Both the position numbers and the translations under genes were made by a program. 64,000 bases of DNA from Pseudogymnoascus verrucosus (taxonomy: Eukaryota), in the NCBI GenBank assembly GCA_001662655.1, contig KV460207.1. One strand, written 5' to 3'. Every line of letters begins with the position of its first letter. Within the stretch, counting starts at the first letter, position 1. Under the pieces are notes generated by a model. It did not search any database. It saw nothing but the letters and a program-made list of their open reading frames with translations, and was not told where the DNA came from. Below, piece by piece: positions 12,552 through 23,107 of the stretch.

Positions 12552-15500
12552 CTACACCGCTATCTCGACCACATCAGCGCCCCCAACTATTCCTTTACCC
12601 CCAGCAAGCTCAGGCAGCAAACCCACCACACCAGCCTCGAGAAGCGAATACACGAAACAGCGATTCATCCACGCATCCCCCCAAACCCCCAACATGCGCT
12701 CCACTCCTTCAAACTCTTCTTCCCTACCTCCCTTCACCTTCGCCTTCCCACTCCCAAAATACACACCCCCCATCCACCTCGGCACCAGCCCAACCACCCC
12801 CTCCGCAGCCCTCCTCCGCATCCTCGCCGCTTCCTCCCCAACCGGCATCGGCGCCCCAGGCGGACTCGGCGCATTAAGCGGAAACAGCAAGCCACGGAGC
12901 GCCCTCAGCGTCGGCGCGGCTGGGGGCAAGAGACCGAGTAGGAAATGCGTAAGTAATCTGATTAATCCAACGTTAGCCTCGCCGCCTCCAAGCGACCTGT
13001 CACTTCGCGTGTAAGCATAAAAGAAAAGGGGGGTATAAGGCTGACTAGCTAAGAGTGGGGGGTGTGAAACGAGAAAGGCAGCGCGAGGCGGAACCCAAGC
13101 GAGTTGCTCGAAGCGAGGTAACACAATTATCTCCCCCCCGGCGGATGCCTCGATCGGGTATCCCCGCCCTACCGCTCAAGGCGAGTGCCCGTCCCCAGGC
13201 CTAAACCCGGGGGGAGGATAAGCCCAGTCTGGCCCAAACCAGGAGGACACCCCGGGTTAATGTGCCACACCGGGCGCAGGCACAGGGCGAAAGGGCTCGC
13301 CGGCGCCGGGTCCCCGCCGTAGCACAACCGCTTCTGTCGTGCGTGCGACACTTGTTTCGCATCGGGTGGGCACAGCGTGGGACAGAGACAGCGAGTGCGG
13401 AGGTGTCTGACGCGGGGCCGGAAAGTGGGGGATTTTTGGGGGGGGGGCGAGGTGAGCCGCGATGGACGTGGGGGGTGGGGGTGAAGGGAAGTGCCGGTAG
13501 TGCGATCGCTTGATGACACGATGTTGGATGGGGGGAGGGGGAGATTGCGCGATGTGGTAATGTGAATCCGGGAGGCCGTGAGGCCGCCTTTCAGCTCACC
13601 GTTTCGCACGCCTCGTTCGCCGATCGGTGAGAACTGACGAACTGGCAGTGGAGAGGAGAGGTGTTGCGGGTACCGATGGGTGTAGGGATATAGGGGAGGG
13701 ATGTAGGGATGTGTGTATGGATGTATGAATGGATGTACCTCTGTACTCGTGAAGAGCATGGAGGTACATGGCTGCCCAATGAGGCACAAGGGCTTGGATG
13801 CATCTGCAATGCATCTGTATCGCGCACGGACAGCGCGTCGGGGTAAACTTGCTCTCTCCCCGGCCGCCGTGCATAGGTCTGTGCACTCACAGAGTCTGGC
13901 ATTGGTAGGAGCGCCGGCGCCTAATAGACTTTGGTGCTGTGCACACCTTGTACCTGCGAGGTACCACTGTCCTCGTACAGGTACAAGACGATAGATGTAT
14001 AGCCAAAGTCCCATACGGTGTGCCAAGTACGAAAGTACGAAGAAATAAAGCGAAAAAACGAGGTAGAGCGGATGAGGAAAGGGTTGCGCGAGTCGAAACG
14101 AAGGAGGAGAGAGCTGATGGGATGGATAAAATAACGAGGAGCGAAGCCCGCTACAACGTCACATCATCATCTTCATCCAACTCCCTCTCCTCCCCCTCTC
14201 GTCCACCTCTCTAAAGCCATCTTCCCATCTCCGCCAACGACATCGCAGAAACCAAAAACACGCATTCGTTCCCAACTAGGAAACAGCCTCCCATTCGCCC
14301 AAACACCACCAAAATATTGGCTTGGCAAATTTCATTTCGGATCGGAGGTAAGAAGATCAATTCTCCTTCGCTTGGTTGCTCCGCGCCTTCCGCAGATTTG
14401 CATACGCACGATAAACGCACGGTCCGCTGTCGGATTGTGCGTTTGTGTGTGTCCAAACCAAGGATAAGAGTAAATGCAGAGTAATGCAGGACGATAACGG
14501 GACATGCGGCCTCGCCTGTGGCCTACAGCCGAATGCAGGGAAGGTCCCCTGCTCCACTGTTTTCTATGCGCAGGGGTGCGAGCGATGCATTGGCTCCGGG
14601 AGGGTGTGTAGATATGTCCACTTTCGTCCACTTGAGACGCTGGGGGTTGAGTGGAAAAGAGAAGGAGAGCAGCAATGACAGGTGGAAAGACGACGGGGGG
14701 AGAGGTCAAGTGATTGAAACCGTATGCGGTCTAACGACGGGGATCGAGGATCGGATCGAAGGGCAAGGGGAGATTGGTCGGGGTGTTTATGAGGGGTGTG
14801 GTAGGAGTCGCTTGGATGAAGTGATTGAGATGAAGATGGTGGGATCGGGCTGAGTTGGGTAGGAATTCCTCAACGGCCACGGGAGAGATGGTGCAAAGAA
14901 GCAAAAGGATAAAATGCAGGGACCAAACGCAGGTTCGTAGCGTGGACAGGATAGAACAGAACGGAACGGGACGGAGGATCGTACCGCGAACAGAATAGAA
15001 CAGAACCAAAACGTGGGCAGAATAGAATAGAACAGCCACACATACCGGTCAACCACCCCATCCACTGCCCCCACCCTCCCAGGCCCATACAGCATCACCC
15101 ACTGCCCCAGCGCGAGCGCTCCGTACGCCCATGGCATGCGCTCCTCGAGTTCGACCTGTCTTGCCAGGAAACTCCACATCTTCATCCCAAGCACCGGCGT
15201 CGGACCTGTCGCCGTCGTCGGCGACGTCGTCGATTTCGACAGCCGAACCCCACGACGCGGCAACGATGATGAAGTCGCGACCGCAATGACGAGAGCACGC
15301 ACAGCAGTGAAAGCGAGGAAGGCGAACTGAATCACCATCCAGAATGTCGCCTGCCATCCCCCCTTTCTCGTCGAGCCGTCGTCGCCCCTATCAACCCTCC
15401 TCGCGCTCTTCCCCCGCGCTGCAACGCCCTCCACCACCTTCGCGATACCTTCCCATATAACCCCCGACTCGCAGGCTCTCTCCACTGCCTTCTCAATCAC

Positions 15501-16347
15501 GAGATCGGCGAGGATGGAGCCGACGAGGGCCATGAGCGCGGGGTTGTCACGCTCAGTGGGCGGGAGGAGGGTGTGTAATAAGCGCCGGGCGAGGAGCTCG
15601 CGATAGGCGGCGTCATTAGCGGATTGTAGTTCGATACTCGCAGGGTCGGTCGGGTCGGGGACGGGTGAGAGCGCGGGGTGAGGGTGGAGGGCGTGGTATA
15701 TGTTGCGGGGTGAGGCGACGAATGGAGATGGGAGGTGGGTTGTGTGGGCGGTGCGGTAGGCTAGGAGTTTGTTAGCTATAGTTTTCGTGAACATTTTGAC
15801 CCGTTCCTTCGCAGTCATTCATCGCCCTCCCCTATTCCCCGGCCACACTCAAACAATAAAAATAAAACCCACCATCAACATGGCCCCTCCCCACCTCCCC
15901 CACAACCCCCCCAATCTCAACAACCACCCCTCCCCATCCCCCATTCTCCCTCTTCCTCTCCCCGAGCCTCCCCCATCCCTTCCTCACAACTCCCTCTACC
16001 AACTCTCCAATCTCCCCCACAAACCCAGGATCTCCTGTTATGTTTCCATACCACTTCACCACAAACTCCCGCATCACCACCGCCAGCAGGGCGTATATCT
16101 CAAAATCCACATCCTTGTCTCCCGTGAGAGGTTTGAGGAGGGCCGAGAGGGGTGTGTCTTTCGAGGCGGTGGGGTGGAGGGTGCGTCGGATGAGGGCGCT
16201 GGTCGCAGCGGGGGAGAGGGCGGCGAGGAGCTGCGCTTGTGTTGGTTGTGGTGCTCGGAGGGCGGGTGACGGAGTCGCTCTCGTGGGCTTTATGGATGTA
16301 TTGGAGGATGGTTGAGGTAGAAGGGCGGTGGTACGTGAGGGTGCCAT
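12552..16347 (-). CDS. PXA-domain protein (sorting-nexin-associated PXA domain plus Nexin_C-like C-terminus), 531 aa, 3 exons
   Basis: PLTGDKDVDFEIYALLAVVMREFVVKWYGNITGDPGFVGEI is PXA-like, as are AYRELLARRLLHTLLPPTERDNP and the C-terminal LRALRGLLFP...GVWGDAWMNRCFVYSLLEAGVVGLLPEL. Exons 16347-15873, 15760-15046 and 12957-12552 sum to 1596 nt in frame (junctions HVD-A-YR and VD-R-LLTHF). Last intron 15045-12958 runs GTATGT...GCTAAC...CAG. Confidence 0.85.
13070..14700 (+). ncRNA. Candidate structured non-coding RNA nested antisense in the 2.1-kb PXA intron (boundaries approximate)
   Basis: More than 10 closely spaced inverted repeats, e.g. 13204-13212/13250-13258, 13733-13741/13761-13769, 13947-13956/13978-13987 and 14413-14426/14431-14444. 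Most mismatches read as G-U pairs on the + strand, and there is a GTAC-GAAA-GTAC tetraloop at 14027-14038. No convincing protein ORF. Confidence 0.5.
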
Positions 16348-17344
16348 GGTGGGTTGTGTGTGTGCTTATCTGTATATCTTGTCCTCCCTCCCTTACGTCC
16401 CGCCGAGCGAGTAGAGCGAGGTGTATGTTTCTCTCTTCCGTGCAGTCCAGTCGCGTAGAGTCGTGTAGGGCTCGGGGTATATATGCGCTCGCTGCGTGCG
16501 TCGCCCTCTCGTCTTGTCTCGGAGCTTGTTAGCTCTGCAGTGTTGTGATGTCTCGTAGTATCGAACCCTTGCGCCTCGTCTTCGCGCCTCGCCCTCTCCT
16601 CGCGTTGAAGATCTAATCCAGCCCCAGCTGCTTCGCCCGCTCTTCCTCTCTTGCCCTCTTCGTTCCTTCCCTCTTTAGTTACTCCCCTCCGTCGCTCCTT
16701 CCCTCTTTCCTCCTTCGTTCTTTCCGTGCTTAGCTCTTTCCGTCCTTAGCTCTTTCCCTCCTCGAGTCTCTTCCTCGTTCGCTCCTTCCCTCGTATATCT
16801 TCCGCTTGCTGATTCCTCCACTATCGCACACTACAGCATCCAGTCGTCTCGTCGTATCCTGCGCGTATCGTGTCGTGGTCGTCGTCAAAATAAAAAGTTG
16901 CCCTATCAATAAGGTGAGGGTCCCCCAGCCGAAGCTAAGTGACGACACCCGCCGCCCCGCCGCCCCACTAGCGCATTGCGGGTTACTGCTTGGTCCGAGC
17001 GCGCTGGGGACGATGCCTGGCTGGATAGAGTAGCTTAATCTGCGACTATAATAACTACCAACTTCACTGTAAGATCGGTATCAACAGGCATGTATAAAGC
17101 TATATTCCTGGCACCGTGTCAAGAAGCACAGATACGGCAATGATACCACCACCCAGTTCTTTCTCGGCTCTTTGAGTAGGTAACGACAGCTAACTATAAT
17201 GGAACCAACCACACTCGCCCCCATCCCCGAACGCCAACGCTTCTGTTGAGCGCGCGAGCACTCCACGCCGTCTGTGTCGCCCATTGCTTAGGCGAAAATG
17301 CGCTGGTAGAGGCTGGTGGATGCTGGTGACGGAGGATCGGGCAA

Positions 17345-20300
17345 TTGGGAGTGCTGTCACCGCGCTATCGCCGTTGATAAAGCTATCACCGCTCGTTCCT
17401 CCCCTGTCACCGTTCGCTATCTTGCTACCGAGAGCGCAGCAGGCAGGTTAGTCCTGGAAATCCCCACCAAACAGCTGTTCCATCACCATTGTCAGCTTAT
17501 GGAGCTCCAAGACAGGCTCCCCAGTCCTCCTGGGGTGTAGATTTGCTCGCTCATCGCTGAGGAAAAAGAGACATCGGGGCGCTCGCATATATACAATATC
17601 ACCACCACATCAGTTCTCCCTTCGCCTCTCCCTTTTCCCATACTCCCCTATCCCTTCCAGCCCTCAGAACCCCTGGCTACACTCCAACTCACACCCTCAA
17701 AGCCCCATATTCTACACCATGGCCCATTCAAATAGTGCAGTCAGCGCAGGCCAAGCGCCCAGACCCAGACCCGCCTACCATATTCATCTGTTTCCACCGC
17801 CCCAAGTATATTAGAGTGGCTTCTAACGAACTGACCTCATTTTTTCCTTTAACTTACAAGTCAATCTTTCCTTCGCAACTAACCTGATCTTCTAACAACA
17901 CACACTCGTCGATCATGTCCGAAAATCTCAAGCCCGCTAGGTTCGGAGGACGAGGGCCACGGCGGCGATGCGTAGATGGAGAGTGAAAGGTTGTTATGTC
18001 CGCTACTGCCGTGGTGGACTGCTGTCACTTTTCACCCCGTCACCGCTCTTCCTGTCACCGTTCACCCCCCCCGTCGGGCCCCCGCCGCACCCAAACCTAG
18101 TCCTCCTCCAACGCACCACCCATTCACTCCCCTCCAACACCGCAACACAAGCGCCAGCCGCATCTATAGGAGCCATTGTGATATATTTTGATACCATATA
18201 ACAGAGATCATTTGGGTGTGGAGGGGGAATATATAGCACACCGTTGCATGAGAAACAAGTACCTCCCTCTCTCGCTCGCTCGCTCACCAATGTGACTCTT
18301 CATACATCAAAAATATTTATTTTTCCTATCCCTCCCCCTTCTCCCTCTCTATCTCATGTCAACATCAGCCATAACCATTTAAAATATATATTCCTTTGCA
18401 TACCCGTTCCCATCCATCACCCGCGCCAATCCCCCCGCCAAAAAAAACCTCACAAACCAGCACACCCCTTCCCCGTTCCCTAAACACGTCTCCATACAAA
18501 ACAATTCATAGCTCAGCTGTGTCAACAAAGCACTTCTTTGCATGTACTTCATTCACGACCTGACGACGGCTGCCACGCCTGCATTGATAGAAGTGATGAG
18601 GGTGGGATTTTATGTCGGAGAGACAAATAGATGCTGTGGGGGTGAAGGGGGGTCGTAGGATAGGGACGAGGAGTATATGTTTGTGAAGATGGGCGTGAGC
18701 ACGAATAGAACGTGAGTTTGGCTTGGAGGGTTGACGGAGGAGGGCAAGGTAGACACGGAGTCAGAGGAAGGGGGCGGATGGCGTCCAAAGGGCTGCAAGC
18801 AGGAGATGCAAAGGCGACATGGATAGCGTCTTGATTTTCGGGCCGATTGCTATATCGCAATCTTTGTTATTGTCATATCTTAAGCCAGATACGTAAAGAC
18901 GGTGCTGTCACCGCTGAGCCTGTCACCACCCAACCACCGTCACCAGTGTACAATTGTTGCCGTCCACTTATCACTTCCTTTCCTCTCACCGACTCCAAAC
19001 CCAGCCTCTTTCCAAACTCACCCTCCACCTTCATCCAAACCGCACAAGCATAATACGCCACTCAGATAGTCCACATGGAAAGCTCTGTCGCATCAGTCCT
19101 CATGGAGTCCACATGTCTTTGACTAAGTGAAGTCTGGTGTAGAATATATAGTGTACGAGCACGAAAACCGCCCCCTGGCCTCCTCGCTCGGGTGAAGCTT
19201 CCTTCATTCAGGAGACTCATAATCTATACATCTCCCCTTCTCAACTTTCCACTCTCTCTTTTGATCTCCCATCCCATATATATCAACCCCATCTAGTCAC
19301 ATTGATCCACCATCTACCCTCCATCCCCAACCCCCAAACATATATATACGCAACGAGGAGGCACAATGAACTCCAAAGATAGGGGCTGCCAAGTTCCTTC
19401 AATCAATCAGAACACCCATTTAGTAGATGGAAAAAACAATGAGATATGTCTCGCGTCCACTAGTTTAAATTATTTTGATTATGGTGTGGAGGTAAGGCGG
19501 TGCTGTCTCCGCCGCGTCTCTCACCATCTCCATGCGACTGCTGTCACCGCCCACCACCGCCGTCTCAGGATTCTTGTCATCATTGACTATCGTCACCGCT
19601 GCCATCATCTCTCCTCCCCCTATACCCAGCCCTCATCCAGTCCACCGCCCATGGCGCAGTCCCCTCAAGACAACGCAACACAAGCGTTATCCACGCCAGT
19701 TTCTTTTTTCTGCCCATGGTTTGCAACGGCGATGGTGAGGGGGTGCAGGGGATACAGATATAGTTTAATGAGTACGAGCATGAGCATGACTACCCCGCTT
19801 CACTCTCTCTCGTCACTCACTCGAATAAACGCTTCATACGCCAAAATATCATGGCAGTTCAAAATGGGGAGTATACCACCACCACCCCCCCACAAAACCC
19901 CCACAAAACCACCCAGTAGACCAAATCATAACGTAAAATGATAAAGAAATAGCTTGCCTCAGAGAGGAGCTGGTAGGAAAGAGGAAACGCTCTCACGAGT
20001 AAGAAAATTTGTGCCTCAGCCACCCAATATATCCACAGATACGAGACCGCAATCCACATTTCAAGGCCTAATCGACTTGTCTCTCGAAAAAGCCCGTGAA
20101 GCCAGAATCACAACAGATGAGGTTATTGCTGCCGTTCGCCAGACGTGGGGACCGCTCTACCATTGTCACTAGTCATTGTCACCGCCGCCGTCCGAACTCT
20201 TTGTCACCGTTAGCTGTTGTCGCCGCTGCCGCCATCCCTCATCCCCCACAAACCCAGGCCCAAATTGCTGCCGTAATCCATGGAACGAGCTATTATTCGA

Positions 20301-22700
20301 TTAGTTGTCACGACTCATGATTATGACAAGTAAAAGCTACGCTATAATGATTAACTATTTGAGACGCAAGTAGGAGCAAGAGCACGCACACCCCACCCAT
20401 CATATCCCACTGATAAAGACGACGAAATCAAGAATCACAGCCCCATCAACGCGTATCCATTACCAAACCAAACATCTATATATTATGAGGAATGGAATTC
20501 GGCTAGAATGGCGTATAGGCGTCATACAAAGACAGTGAGGTCTGATATCTCCGAGGAGGAAGCTGCCGAGCCGATATGATATGGTTCAAGTGGGGTGTTT
20601 ATCACCGTGATAGGGCTTTTATGATGCTATTGCTGGCTGCTGTCACTACTCGCTGTTGTCACCACTCATTGCGGTCACCACTCACTGCGGTCACAACTCA
20701 CTGTTCCAACCCCCCGCACCCATCCTTTGGATATTCCAACGCCAGCGTCTTCGTGCGGAGGTTATCCGCATCTTGCAATGCCGTTGCGGAGAAGAGCTGT
20801 GGGCTTAACCCAAAAAAAGGTCCAGAAGAGGCTACTCTAACAAGCCGCCGCAAATCTAAACTATTCTTGTAGTTCTGTATTGGAGTGTGGTGTGTAGTAG
20901 AGTTTGTATGTGGAACTATATACGCTTCTCACAGAGCCATCCCACACCCGTCCCTCCCTCGAGGAGACTCATTTCTAAACCTCACATCACCCCCCTGATA
21001 TCCCCCCATCTCCTACCTGTCAAACCACCTCCGCCATCTCCGCACAACCTCCCCCTTCCCCACCTTCCACCCTCGACACAAATCCTCTTAACTCCCCCAA
21101 ACCCCCAACCCAACCATCTCCCTCTCAAAGGCATAATCCGCGCATGACGCTACTCTAACAGGCCACAGCAAATTCGCAGCGTTATTTTTTTTTGTATAAG
21201 CTAAGTGGAGTCGTGTGGAGTGTGAAGTGTGAGTATGTGTGGAATATATAGTGTGTGCGAGGGCGAGACGAAGGCGGGTGGGAGGATATCACATTTGCTG
21301 AGCGGGGCGAAAAGGGGGTTGCTGTATTGAAACGGATATATCGCATACCCACTGCGCCCCCTCACCCTTTTCCCAATCTCTCCCACTTTATCAACCCGAA
21401 TCCCATCCGCACACGTCCTTCATCACATCACACCCCCACCAAAAAGAAATCCCTTGCATCCTTCCATCCCCCACCCTCCCTCTTTCCGCCCAGGTGCCAC
21501 CCACCTCCGCTATATACCCCTCCACCACCACACATACACTCCAACCATCAACCAACACTATCATACTGCCCCATGCCTGTTTGCGCGGCTCTCCACGCCT
21601 ACGCGCTTGGTTTGACGTCGATGCTGTGGTGAGGTGGGGAGACGCGGGGGAGGGGGGAGGGGTGTGCTGTCACTACTGTCCTCACTACCGCCACATCTCC
21701 CGTCATCGCTGCACTCTTGTCACTAACCCCCTTCTCATCACTCACTACACACACCCCCACAAATCCAGCAACCCAACCCCCGCCAGCCGCGCACTACTTG
21801 CCACCTCCCACTTCCCACCCCCACAGCACATCCACGACCACGACCACGACCATGACCACGACTAGGACTTGTGGGCTTGTCATCCATTCGAGCTTCTTCT
21901 TTGATCGTTGGGTGTTATATAGGGGGTATCTGTGCGCTGTTTCCAGTCTCTCTTTCACTCACTCACTTACTCGGTCACTCGCTCGTTCAGAGTCAAGGAA
22001 TAAAAGGGGTGTGTTGATTTAAGGGGTTTCTTATTGTATGCACACCCCCCTCCCGCTCTGCCTTGCGTGTGCTCTAATTCTATTAAGCTGTGTAATGAAT
22101 ATGAATACGTATTTATCCCCCCTTGCCCTATGCCCCATTCCCCATTCCCCATTCCNNNNNNNNNNNNNNNNNNNNNNNNNNNNNNNNNNNNNNNNNNNNN
22201 NNNNNNNNNNNNNATTCCCCAGTCCCCATTCCCCATTTTCCCCGCCTCTAAAACTCCGCACTACTTTAGCCTCCCCCCCCCCTTCTCCCCTTAACACCCC
22301 CCAAACCACACAAACCCCACCACAACCACTCACACCATTACATAAAAACGTTCTATGAAGAAAGTAACGGAGGGTGGATGAGGTGTGCCCTCAAATGGCC
22401 TGAGATACCGCCGGTTATCCTGCTGATGCGAGAAGCGAGACAAAAGTTAAGACGGTCTCAAACAAAAGATATCGAGAACAGAGCCTAGAAAACCTAGTCC
22501 CCGTCGAGCCTCTCGTTGTCGACGCGGTTCTGCTGTCGCCGTCCCCTTTCTCACCACCCGCTTTCTCACCACCACCTCCCTTGCTCACCTCTCACCTCTC
22601 ACCTCCCCCCCCAACCTACCCACCCGCACCACGCGCCACGCCATCAATCCATCGCCAAGCCCCACCCAGACCCCATGGAATGTGAATGTTCTGACAAAAG
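17345..22700 (+). repeat. Degenerate tandem array of ~8 non-coding units (~0.5-1.0 kb), each with a TGTCAC cluster and mostly a TATA-like box
   Basis: (G)TGCTGTC-led clusters at ~17351, 18020, 18902, 19500, 20638, 21664 and 22531, plus a TTGTCAC cluster at 20163. Shared exact words CGCAACACAAGCG (18141, 19674), GAATATATAG (18227, 19142, 21242) and GCTACTCTAACA (20831, 21149). Confidence 0.7.
22134..22237. repeat. (CCCATTC)n microsatellite interrupted by an assembly gap (58 N, 22156-22213)
   Basis: CCCCATT repeats on both sides of the N run. Confidence 0.85.
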
Positions 22701-23107
22701 TCTCTTGCTTCCTCTCTCTCTCTCTCTTCGTCCTGTTGTGTTCTTAAATACATTTTTCACCCCAATAGTTTGAGCGAACATGTCAAGCGAGCAGCCCGCC
22801 ACGCCCAGCTACGAGCGAGAATATGCGCTTTCTCGGCTCGTTTCACACACACAACAGCCCTTGCCCTTTCTCACTCATGCAAGTTAAGTCAAGTAATAAT
22901 GTTGAAGTAGATTCAAGAAACTTCCTATTCCATACACCCCCCCATCTATCAAGCCACTACAAAGCCATCATATAGCCACAAATACATATAATATACCCCT
23001 TAGCACAAGACCAGCTGTGCCTCTCCCAATCCCCCCCCCCCAAATTCCTCCCCCCATTTCCCCCCACTACCCCTTTATCCCCGTCTCCCTCTCCCTCTCA
23101 CAAATAA

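Noticed and set aside
13169..14026. 285-aa minus-strand ORF and other ORFs inside the long intron
   Set aside because: No recognisable domain, and the composition looks like translated non-coding DNA.
12958..15045. Telomerase RNA as the identity of the structured intronic element (size fits Pezizomycotina TERs)
   Set aside because: No TAACCCTAA-type template seen on either strand. CCTAAACCC at 13200-13208 would fit only a TTTAGGG telomere and overlaps a strong stem. Not called, though a covariance-model search is still worthwhile.
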